A stretch of DNA of 48,089 bases. Origin: a virus. Its lineage: Duplodnaviria > Caudoviricetes. The translations under genes were made by a program, and so were the position numbers. The notes under the pieces were generated by a model. It was not told the origin of the DNA and searched no databases. It was given only the letters and a program-made list of their open reading frames with translations. The stretch spans positions 1 to 48,089 of IMG/VR virus record IMGVR_UViG_3300037722_000690, one strand, 5' to 3'. Positions 17,115 to 25,194 of the stretch are shown here, piece by piece (position 1 is the stretch's first letter; every line of letters starts with the position of its first letter).

Positions 17115-17164
17115 GCAACGGCAAGGAATGCCACAAGATGATTAAATAGCCAAATTGACAGGAG

Positions 17165-17192
17165 TTGACATGTCAATTTGCTTTCCTATAAT
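17165..17192 (+). promoter_or_regulatory. Consensus sigma70-type promoter overlapped by inverted repeats
   Basis: TTGACA (17165-17170), 16 bp, TATAAT (17187-17192); TTGACATGTCAA palindrome; CAAATTGACA-N10-TGTCAATTTG at 17151-17180. Confidence 0.6.
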
Positions 17193-17236
17193 GTCTTTTA
17201 GCTTGTCAATCATGCTCTTAAAATTTGTTATGCTAA

Positions 17237-17253
17237 TGGTTGATAGTAGTTTC
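17237..17253 (-). repeat. Third, variant copy of the cassette left motif
   Basis: Minus strand reads GAAACTACTATCAACCA, 15/17 identical to GAAAGTAGTATCAACCA; 3 bp after the stop of 17257-19716. Confidence 0.6.
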
Positions 17254-17256
17254 TAA

Positions 17257-19716
17257 TCAATCGTATTTGCCCGCACCTTTTAGCGGAGAATTGCTCAACA
17301 AGGTGTAATCACCTTGACTTAGATAATCGTCAGGATTGCCAGTAAACGCTGCCTTCGGCTCGATGATCGTCCACGCCCCATCTGTGCGGATATAGTTAGC
17401 CCACTCTGCGAAAGTGCGGGAGCCAAGACCAAAGTGCAGTAGTAACGCTTTAAACCCCTCTAGGGTGTCGTTAAACTTAGGAGTTCCTCCATGCCAGAGC
17501 GGTAGAGTTATACGAGGGCTAGACGTCGAATAGCAAGCTAGGGCAAAAAGGTCTTCGGTCAGAGTTGTCCCACCCATCTGAAGATACGGGAAGTTATACA
17601 TATCAACATTGCTGCCATAAAAGTACATTGTTGATATGTTTATACCCCCTGAAGACTGGTTGGCCGCTACGATATTCGGGTTGTTTTGCAACTCTGTCGC
17701 AACCGACGCCCTGCCAAGCCCATATGGTGCTGCGTAGGTCTTGCAGACATAGGTCGTTGATGGAGGATCTACAGCCATTCCCGTAACAGCATTGGCTCCA
17801 TTTCTATCTGTTCCACTGTTGATATATGCTTCAAGGTCGAGTATGGCCTCGGCTGTCTCAAACCCTACAAAAGCGGCATCATCCATCTGCATCACGTAGC
17901 TGGACGAAATACCTTGACCTGTCACGGGGGCCAAAACACAAGCTGGCAAATAGGCTGAGTTTTGGGCAGCATTTGTTACCGCCGCCGTCACGGTCCCATC
18001 CCCGACGATCAGACCATTAAGTGCAGCGACCAGAACACCGAGGGAATCATAGCTGGCGTTGACTAGATCAAATGCCTGTGGAGTTCCGTTTATTGTAATA
18101 GTGAGCGTACCGGTCCAGGTTGTAGAATCGCCGGTATTGGTTGTGGAAATATCCAAGATCGGACTTGTCCCGGACGCAGATATAGTAATGAAATTAAGGT
18201 GCGAAGCGTTTGAGTGTGTGGCTGCGTGGCTGCTGACTTCATTGCCGTTAGCGATAAGCGTTCTCATATCGTCTATGTTTTGCGCCGTCGGTCTATTTTG
18301 AGGCTTTCTGCCGTGACAATCGATGGCATGGGACAAAACCACTTCTGGATTTAGTACCGCAGCCGTAGCCCTGGAAACTGTCAAATTATTGCGGTCGTCG
18401 TACCTGACAATAAGCTCACCTATTGGAGTGTTCCTCGGAGCAGTAAAGTATGGCAGCTGGTTAGTCATGCCGTTTGTTATAATAGCTCTGTTGGATGAGT
18501 CGAAGGTAGCTATATCACCTCCAACTCCGGTCATATAGGCAGTCTTATGCCAGAAGACGTTTGTGCAGACCGGAGCCCTGCTGTCTCCTCCGGTTGCTAA
18601 AGGATAACAACCAAAGAAAGCAGTGTCTGTGAGCAAGACATCGGTTAAGGCAGAATCGCCAACATTAGCCCAAGGTGCAGTCGGGGAGGTATCACCTGTA
18701 TTTAGAATAAGACTTTTTCGAACCGTCAACGATGACCCCGCCACAGTCATTGACACTTTTCCGCTATAATCCATAAGACAGTTGTCTATTGTTAGATAAG
18801 ATACTGCTCCGCAGTATATAAAGCTTGCGTCAAGAGGGGTAGCTTTTGCTACCCTTTTTAATTTACACCTTGTCCATGTTATAGTCGCACCTTGGCAGAG
18901 CTGTGGGAGGCTACTGACATAATATGGACCAATTATGCAGTCAATGAATTCAACAACAGCACCCGGAAGATACCTGACTGCATACGTAGTAGTAGCTGGA
19001 TTGGTTGCCGTATGCTGCAAGTTGACAATTTTTACACCGACGGTGTCTCGCGGGTACAGCATACCGGAGAGCGTAACTAAACCATCATGCCCGATACTCT
19101 TGCTGCCCTGCACTGTTATCCCAGCATATATCCCCTGGTTTACTCCAATATCGTAAGTCTTACCGGACACACCCCCGGATATCTCGACCACTTCCCCCGT
19201 GCTTGCAGCTGTATATGCAGCGAGGACGGTTGTAAAGGCATTTGCCCAGGATAACCCCGTACCTGTACCGGTAGCGGCAGAATCTACATACCAGTTCGGG
19301 GTAGCCAGTGGTTCCGGGTCTGGCCAAGGGTACGGACCGATGTCACCCGCTACCAGTTTTAGGTACCACGCAGCTTTGGCTATCGTTGCCGAATCTGTAC
19401 CGCCCTCGTAGACAAGGGTCTGGGTGGCGTTGCCGACAATATTGCTATACGATCCGACATTGAACCACGGCTCTGCCGATACTGCGGCATAGAAGGTCGC
19501 GTAGTCTGCCCAGGTTACAGGTGTCGAAGGATCGGTAAAGAAGAACGCCTGCTGATCGGCGGTAATCAGATCATAGTCATCGACTGATAAGCCGATATCA
19601 TCAACCATTCCGGGAGCCTTAAAATAAGCTATCGGATTGCCGGGGATACCAAGTCGACGACCAAAAGCAGGGTGAGTTGTAGACCCTCTGGCGGACCTAC
19701 CTACTGAGTTATTCAT
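17257..19716 (-). CDS. Beta-helix (pectin-lyase-like) plus polysaccharide deacetylase (NodB/CE4-like) protein; probable tail-associated enzyme
   Basis: WYVDSAATGTGTGLSWANAF beta-helix cap; CE4-like motifs VRYDD, EVSSHAATH, YAAPYG and LWHG; C-terminal DYTLLSNSPLKGAG. Confidence 0.7.
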   Translation of the reverse strand: MNNSVGRSARGSTTHPAFGRRLGIPGNPIAYFKAPGMVDDIGLSVDDYDLITADQQAFFFTDPSTPVTWADYATFYAAVSAEPWFNVGSYSNIVGNATQTLVYEGGTDSATIAKAAWYLKLVAGDIGPYPWPDPEPLATPNWYVDSAATGTGTGLSWANAFTTVLAAYTAASTGEVVEISGGVSGKTYDIGVNQGIYAGITVQGSKSIGHDGLVTLSGMLYPRDTVGVKIVNLQHTATNPATTTYAVRYLPGAVVEFIDCIIGPYYVSSLPQLCQGATITWTRCKLKRVAKATPLDASFIYCGAVSYLTIDNCLMDYSGKVSMTVAGSSLTVRKSLILNTGDTSPTAPWANVGDSALTDVLLTDTAFFGCYPLATGGDSRAPVCTNVFWHKTAYMTGVGGDIATFDSSNRAIITNGMTNQLPYFTAPRNTPIGELIVRYDDRNNLTVSRATAAVLNPEVVLSHAIDCHGRKPQNRPTAQNIDDMRTLIANGNEVSSHAATHSNASHLNFITISASGTSPILDISTTNTGDSTTWTGTLTITINGTPQAFDLVNASYDSLGVLVAALNGLIVGDGTVTAAVTNAAQNSAYLPACVLAPVTGQGISSSYVMQMDDAAFVGFETAEAILDLEAYINSGTDRNGANAVTGMAVDPPSTTYVCKTYAAPYGLGRASVATELQNNPNIVAANQSSGGINISTMYFYGSNVDMYNFPYLQMGGTTLTEDLFALACYSTSSPRITLPLWHGGTPKFNDTLEGFKALLLHFGLGSRTFAEWANYIRTDGAWTIIEPKAAFTGNPDDYLSQGDYTLLSNSPLKGAGKYD

Positions 19717-19724
19717 GTGTTACC

Positions 19725-20036
19725 TCAGGGTGCGCTGATGTCACGTAGACCACAATCAGCAATTGTAGCCGATTTGTGCGGGCGCACATAAGCTGGGGCG
19801 TAGAAGGTGACCTGGTCATTTCCTAAGGTGATGCTTACGGGGTCACCGCCCAGCGACATTGTCCTCCAGCCTCCTTCAGCGGCCGGGTCCTCGACCTCAA
19901 AAGCAATAGACTCAGTACCCTGGAGGGTGCCAATAATTTGAAAGGTGACAACCCGACCGCCAATCGATATAGGGTCGAGGATAACTTCTGCATCCGTAGC
20001 TTCTATCAAGGGATCCCGTTTCATGTTACTCTCCAA
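19725..20036 (-). CDS. Small beta-rich hypothetical (virion accessory) protein
   Basis: Probable ATG at 20024 after GGAGAG; abuts the RBS of the next gene. Confidence 0.6.
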   Translation of the reverse strand: MESNMKRDPLIEATDAEVILDPISIGGRVVTFQIIGTLQGTESIAFEVEDPAAEGGWRTMSLGGDPVSITLGNDQVTFYAPAYVRPHKSATIADCGLRDISAP

Positions 20037-20073
20037 TTAAATTTAAAGCAGCTTACCACGCTTAAATAGTTAG

Positions 20074-20089
20074 GTAAACTAAATAGTTT
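20074..20089. promoter_or_regulatory. Repeated palindromic motif GTAAACTAAATAGTTT, copy 2
   Basis: Exact match to 16951-16966; intergenic, upstream of a - strand gene. Confidence 0.55.
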
Positions 20090-20098
20090 TAACCTCGT

Positions 20099-20269
20099 CT
20101 AATTCTTGCTCAGGGTGTTTCGTTGCGCCCTTTCGTCTTTCAGTAGATTCCAAATCCACCTAGTCCCCTTCTTGCATTTTACCCACTGATACCCACCTCC
20201 GGCAGTGCAAGTCCATAGGCCAAGATCGACCATAGCCCAACAAACGTAATAAAAGATTGCCTTTTTCAT
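20099..20269 (-). CDS. Small hypothetical protein (56 aa)
   Basis: GAGGA RBS, then ATG at 20269: MKKAIFYYVCWAMVDLGLW... Confidence 0.45.
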   Translation of the reverse strand: MKKAIFYYVCWAMVDLGLWTCTAGGGYQWVKCKKGTRWIWNLLKDERAQRNTLSKN

Positions 20270-20542
20270 CGTTTCCTCATTTGAGTATTCGCAAATGTCC
20301 CTGGCTTGCAAGCCCCCGAACAAATGCAGGAGTGCCACCTTTGCTTTCGACGTTATAGCTGTTTTCAATAACAAAATTAATCAATTGCTTTAACCAGCCC
20401 TTTTTAACAAATCCCCTGCTTGTGTCAAGTATCGTGCGACCAAAAATATTTACTAGCAAGAAATCTGTTGTAACTGGGCAATAATCAACTCTTGATGGCG
20501 GTTTTGTCGCAAGGTACATGCTGATCATTTTAGCCGTATTCC

Positions 20543-22420
20543 CTAATTATTATTATTATTCGTCCCACTGCCACCAAGTGCATTTAACATCTCAACAACA
20601 ACTGATGGATGATCTTTCATATCTCCATGGGTAAGCCCATTAAACTCAATCTGTACACCACCTTCTATATAGGTCTGCTCTTGAGTTGCTCCTTCATCAG
20701 CATCCGAGTATAGGGATGTATATAATGTATCATCTCCTGGGCTAGGATCGTCAGGAACAGGGTATAATCCGGGACAGGCATTTATAGCTCCGGCAGTAGC
20801 TATAAAATTCCTGATCGAAGTAACCCCGTCAGAATGCAAGCGCATGTAGTCAATCCCGTTTTTAGCGCCTCTACTATGTCCAATAAAATCAACCCATTGT
20901 GAGCCAGTACTTGCTTTTATTGCCGCAATCTGAGCAGCAACAAAAGGCATATGGTCCTCTGAGCATAATAAATTATTATCTACATCCATAGACGGTGCAA
21001 AGATAAGGTTTTCGTCATATCCGGCCGCTACCAGCTGTGGGATCAAGTCAGGCCAAGCCGCTAACCCACTGCCATACATTCCATGCATCAGGAGTATAGG
21101 GACTTTTAAATATGGTGGTGATAGTTCGGGGATGTACATATCACCGGCTGAATTTTTGTATAGCCAAAACGCTCCAGCAGGGCTAGGTTCTCCGCACACC
21201 GCATCTGATCCGCTGCAATCCTCATCTATGTCATTCCCACATATATCGGCTGCCCCTGGGTTAATCGATGCATTTGAATCGGCACAATCCACAGGGCCAC
21301 ATCCGTCACCTTCGATTGAATAACTATCACCGTCTGCATCTGTACATTCTTCAGGGCAGGTATCAGCTAAACCGGAACAGTCTTCGTCTACAGCGTTGCC
21401 GCAAATTTCATTAGATCCAGGATTGATTGCATTATCAGTATCATTGCAGTCCTCAGTCATTGACACAAAGTGGCCGGGGATATAGTAATCTGAGGGGCAA
21501 GACTCAGGGAACACATTTCCGACACCTGGGTACAAATCTAAATCATAGTCAGAGTAACAAGTAATCTGAGGGGCTGGTGGTGATTCATCTGGCGGTACAT
21601 AGCCTTCGTACACTATAATCTCATCTTGCCACCACGAAAAAGGTTCCTTAGCCTCTGAAGATGGGAACATAACAAATGTTTTGAATGAAGCTGTATCAGG
21701 AGTATCTTTAAACTTTCCGTTATACATATGAATAAGCAACTCGTTATTTAACCAGTATTTTATCTCACCATCAGCAGCTGATGGTGATGAAGGTAATTTT
21801 ACCCATTCAGTCCACTTCACCCAACTGGTACCGGGATTAGCTGGGGTACCTGAATCTAAGTCAGCAGCAATCCACCCTTGTCCGGGTAGTGATGTGTAAG
21901 TTCCGTCGCCGTTATCGTGAGGGTAACCCATGTTTTGGTTGTACGTTACCATATCAAGCCAAGTAGCAGGACGCATATCACCTATAAATCTATCGACATA
22001 CCAATCTCCCATCGGATGAGGTGTAATAGTGGAAGCCCAAAGCACCCCGGTTGTGCCTATCAAAAATCGATTCAGTTTTATATTCCCTCTAGATATATTT
22101 TCAATAGGCTCGGAGTATTTAGCCCAACTAGATGTTGTTATTTCAGTGTATCCAGAAATGGCGTTAGTAGTTAAAGTATGATTCCCTGACCCATATCTAA
22201 TATCTCCGTTGGGTAATGGGTTGTAAGTCCCTTCTAATTTGAGGCACTCACCAGAATAACAGCCTAATGTTTCAAGCGTCCTTATGTAGCCGCCTTCAGC
22301 ATTATTATATGCTCCAGTACAACTGCTTGCCGCTGTACACTTTTGATATATTATATCGCCAGTGGCCGCCAATAATGACTGTGCAATTAAAACAAAAAAC
22401 AGTGTTATATAGTATCTCAC
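20543..22420 (-). CDS. Secreted multidomain protein: signal peptide, ConA/polysaccharide-lyase-like domain, MopE-type metal-binding repeats, alpha/beta-hydrolase (lipase class 2-like)
   Basis: MRYYITLFFVLIAQSLLA signal; ADGEIKYWLN...WQDEI; repeats DCNDTDNAINPGSNEICGNAVDEDCSG and DCADSNASINPGAADICGNDIDEDCSG; LLMHG, GHSRG nucleophile elbow, later Asp and His. Confidence 0.75.
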   Translation of the reverse strand: MRYYITLFFVLIAQSLLAATGDIIYQKCTAASSCTGAYNNAEGGYIRTLETLGCYSGECLKLEGTYNPLPNGDIRYGSGNHTLTTNAISGYTEITTSSWAKYSEPIENISRGNIKLNRFLIGTTGVLWASTITPHPMGDWYVDRFIGDMRPATWLDMVTYNQNMGYPHDNGDGTYTSLPGQGWIAADLDSGTPANPGTSWVKWTEWVKLPSSPSAADGEIKYWLNNELLIHMYNGKFKDTPDTASFKTFVMFPSSEAKEPFSWWQDEIIVYEGYVPPDESPPAPQITCYSDYDLDLYPGVGNVFPESCPSDYYIPGHFVSMTEDCNDTDNAINPGSNEICGNAVDEDCSGLADTCPEECTDADGDSYSIEGDGCGPVDCADSNASINPGAADICGNDIDEDCSGSDAVCGEPSPAGAFWLYKNSAGDMYIPELSPPYLKVPILLMHGMYGSGLAAWPDLIPQLVAAGYDENLIFAPSMDVDNNLLCSEDHMPFVAAQIAAIKASTGSQWVDFIGHSRGAKNGIDYMRLHSDGVTSIRNFIATAGAINACPGLYPVPDDPSPGDDTLYTSLYSDADEGATQEQTYIEGGVQIEFNGLTHGDMKDHPSVVVEMLNALGGSGTNNNNN

Positions 22421-24108
22421 TCCACCACCTCGGAAAAATCAGTACCAGAAGAAAGAACTTGATCAAAATAACATGCAGCCCCAGCCCCAGACCACCCCGG
22501 TCCAGTTAGTTTCATTTTATTAATTGTCACTTCAGATGAGTTCCCCGTTACACTTAATATAGGAGATGCCGGTCTTGTAGACGTTGAGCCTATGTATAAT
22601 TGACCGTATTTGTTTTGTGCATCTAAAGACAACCAGATATGTATAATATCTCCTGCAACTAGTGTATAAGCATTAGTAACACTCGTTGTTCCATTTTTCA
22701 GGAATACTCCAGTTGGATTAAAGGAGAGGGTAAATACCGTAGTTGATTCCTGCTGTACTTCTAGTACTGCTGCTATAGCCCCAAAAGAGTGTCTCGGTCT
22801 AAACATAAAATGTATAAACGTTTCAGAGGCATCCGTAAAATACGTGGCCGCTGAAGTTACAGCAGCTGAATAGTCAATCCTTAAAGACTCAGCCCCTCGA
22901 ATGACATCAACTCCTGAATAGTCTGGATCTGCTCCAGACGAAGCAAAACTCCATGACTCCCCATTATCAACACCAACACCCTCGAAGTTTTGCTCAGTAT
23001 CAAAACTGGATGTAACATACTCGTTATTCCAGTCAACTAATCCGGTAGTGTCTATATAATTCCAATCTCTATCTGCGAAACACTCATATTTACGAAGTGG
23101 AGATACACTAAAAGCGTACACCCCTGGTGTACAAGATTCGTTTGAGTAGGTTGGCACAGAAACTACTGGGGCACCAACAGTTAGAGAGTCAATTTGGGAT
23201 TGAATTGACTCTCTAACACCATCTAAATGTCCAACCTCGTCCGGTGTCACGTCAACAGGCCAGTCTGATAAATCTCCGGTTGTTTCAGCTCCAGCTGTAC
23301 CTAGGGGGGCGGCGCCTATATTTTGCAGAACCTCTTCGTTGTTTAGTGATCCCAACATAACTTCGACAGCAGCAGAAACCACCTGCACATCTGCAGAATT
23401 CTGTTTTGTTGCTAGAGCATTACCAACTGCAGGTTCTGATGGCACAGAGGTAGCTGATCCCGATGGATTTACTGTTTGGACAATATCTACAGTTCCACCA
23501 GCCTCGTCCCTAACCTCCTGAATAGCGGCTTGCACATTAGTTGCTGTAATGCTACCTTCAGGAGTAAATGATACTTCTGCGGCTGTCTGGTCGTCAGTGA
23601 CTACAGGTTTATTGATCAGATCTCCGTAGTCTTTGTCCCAGGCAGCAAAAACTGGATCAGTTTCAGCTGCAAGATAACCCGCTCCGTTAGACAGTTGGCT
23701 GTTATCCGTTGGTACTGTGGGGATGTCGACCAAGTCGGCTTTCAAGTCAGGATCAAAACCGTAATCGGCGATTAAACTAGTAAATCCCGAAAAACCGCTA
23801 CCCTCCAAGTCGGACAAGTTGAGGCTTTTTGATGTTCCGTCAAAAAACGAGAAAGTGACTATCGCGTTATTTAAAGTGATCGTGTTAAGGAGTTTCCCCC
23901 AAAGGTAGGTAAAGTTACTGTTGCTTGATACCGCATTGAGCTCTACAGTTTTTGCCACGTCCCCTGTTTCAACAACGGTATCGCCTGCTGGGTCGCCGCC
24001 CCCGGCTTTATAAAGATAGGGCGGGATAGTTGTCATTAGGTTCTCTTGTGCGGCAAAAGAAAACACAGGCCAAAACAGACAAAAAATAAGTATCGAGAAT
24101 TTTTTCAT
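22417..24108 (-). CDS. Signal-peptide protein with tail-fibre-like segments and a C-terminal ConA/LamG-like domain
   Basis: MKKFSILIFCLFWPVFSFA; fibre-type motifs SQLSNGAGY, ETDPVF, DDQTAAEV and ATNVQAAIQEV; beta-rich C-terminus ending YFDQV. Confidence 0.6.
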   Translation of the reverse strand: MKKFSILIFCLFWPVFSFAAQENLMTTIPPYLYKAGGGDPAGDTVVETGDVAKTVELNAVSSNSNFTYLWGKLLNTITLNNAIVTFSFFDGTSKSLNLSDLEGSGFSGFTSLIADYGFDPDLKADLVDIPTVPTDNSQLSNGAGYLAAETDPVFAAWDKDYGDLINKPVVTDDQTAAEVSFTPEGSITATNVQAAIQEVRDEAGGTVDIVQTVNPSGSATSVPSEPAVGNALATKQNSADVQVVSAAVEVMLGSLNNEEVLQNIGAAPLGTAGAETTGDLSDWPVDVTPDEVGHLDGVRESIQSQIDSLTVGAPVVSVPTYSNESCTPGVYAFSVSPLRKYECFADRDWNYIDTTGLVDWNNEYVTSSFDTEQNFEGVGVDNGESWSFASSGADPDYSGVDVIRGAESLRIDYSAAVTSAATYFTDASETFIHFMFRPRHSFGAIAAVLEVQQESTTVFTLSFNPTGVFLKNGTTSVTNAYTLVAGDIIHIWLSLDAQNKYGQLYIGSTSTRPASPILSVTGNSSEVTINKMKLTGPGWSGAGAACYFDQVLSSGTDFSEVVE

Positions 24109-24132
24109 TTTACACCTATGCTTTCTGTTGAC

Positions 24133-25194
24133 CTATTGAAGGGAGAATGTTGCAACGCTGTCAAAATCTGAAGTCACACCCGCCAAATCTATCTTGGTTT
24201 CATTCCCGTAAATATATCCGTTTGCTAACCCAACACTTACTTTGTTTTGAAACGTATCCTTGTCCACCTGTGGGGCATTACCTGACTCAAGAACATTAAT
24301 AACAGAGTTCAAAACGGTACCCCTGTCATATTTGTTAATTTCACTCAACCAGTAGTTTAAACCTGGAAGATCCGGAACTCTATTCAATAAATTATTATAA
24401 ATACGGTATATAAAAGATTCGTCTGTCATAAGTCCTTCATAACTTTCAGTCGCATTAACGACAGACTGGGCCACGTGATTTTCGGGCTGGACTTCCAGTT
24501 CATTTGCCCAGTAATCCAGGCCCGATTTTTCTGGACCCTTATTGAACATGGCGATGTAAAATCCAGTGGCAACCTTGTGATTTGCAATGTCAACTATATC
24601 GCTTTCAATGGCTTGTATAACCGCTGAAGCAATAGTTTTGTACCCCGCAGAAGTAGGGTGATAGTGATCATTCAATGGAACATCGAAGAGGTCGTTACCT
24701 ATCACAACAACGCCTTGTTGTTCACTTATTTCAGTTATACGGGCTGCAACGGTGGTGAGCTTACTCTGCTCTGGGGAATTTATACTATTAGGCATTACGA
24801 CATACGTTTTCTTCCCGGTTACTTTGCAGTTGTTGATGAGGGTGTTGAAATCACGGACAAACTCGTCAACGGCAACAGATACAGCATCGTTAATACCTAG
24901 ACTTATTATCACAACAGACGACTTGCTTTTTGCCAGTTCATAAATTGTGCCCGGCGGATTTGCTATTAATACAGGCTCGTAGGGTGATTCGTCACCGTCT
25001 TTGATTCCGAGATGCCAATCTACAGTTGCGGAACTTCTGGCTTTATTGATTACCGAACAATTAAATCTTGATGTTATTAAGGCGTATTGAAGCATTAAAG
25101 GTATGCAATAGTTACAGTCGTGCGTACGGTCTACACCGTTGTAGTACCCTCGTGAGGTGGATTCGCCGATATAGTCGATTACTAGTCTTTTCAT
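24133..25194 (-). CDS. SGNH/GDSL hydrolase fused to a DUF4214-like (S-layer-associated) domain
   Basis: Block I IGESTS, block III LGIND, block V DHYHP; C-terminal YIAMFNKGPEKSGLDYW and IYNNLLNRVPDLPGLNYW repeats. Confidence 0.75.
   Translation of the reverse strand: MKRLVIDYIGESTSRGYYNGVDRTHDCNYCIPLMLQYALITSRFNCSVINKARSSATVDWHLGIKDGDESPYEPVLIANPPGTIYELAKSKSSVVIISLGINDAVSVAVDEFVRDFNTLINNCKVTGKKTYVVMPNSINSPEQSKLTTVAARITEISEQQGVVVIGNDLFDVPLNDHYHPTSAGYKTIASAVIQAIESDIVDIANHKVATGFYIAMFNKGPEKSGLDYWANELEVQPENHVAQSVVNATESYEGLMTDESFIYRIYNNLLNRVPDLPGLNYWLSEINKYDRGTVLNSVINVLESGNAPQVDKDTFQNKVSVGLANGYIYGNETKIDLAGVTSDFDSVATFSLQ

Noticed and set aside
16973-17176. ORF encoding (VVIR)n
   Set aside because: It is the reverse translation of the 12-bp repeat and tRNA remnant, with no support as a protein.
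20546-20560. (ATT)5 giving a poly-Asn C-terminus
   Set aside because: Short in-frame microsatellite at a protein end with no evident consequence.
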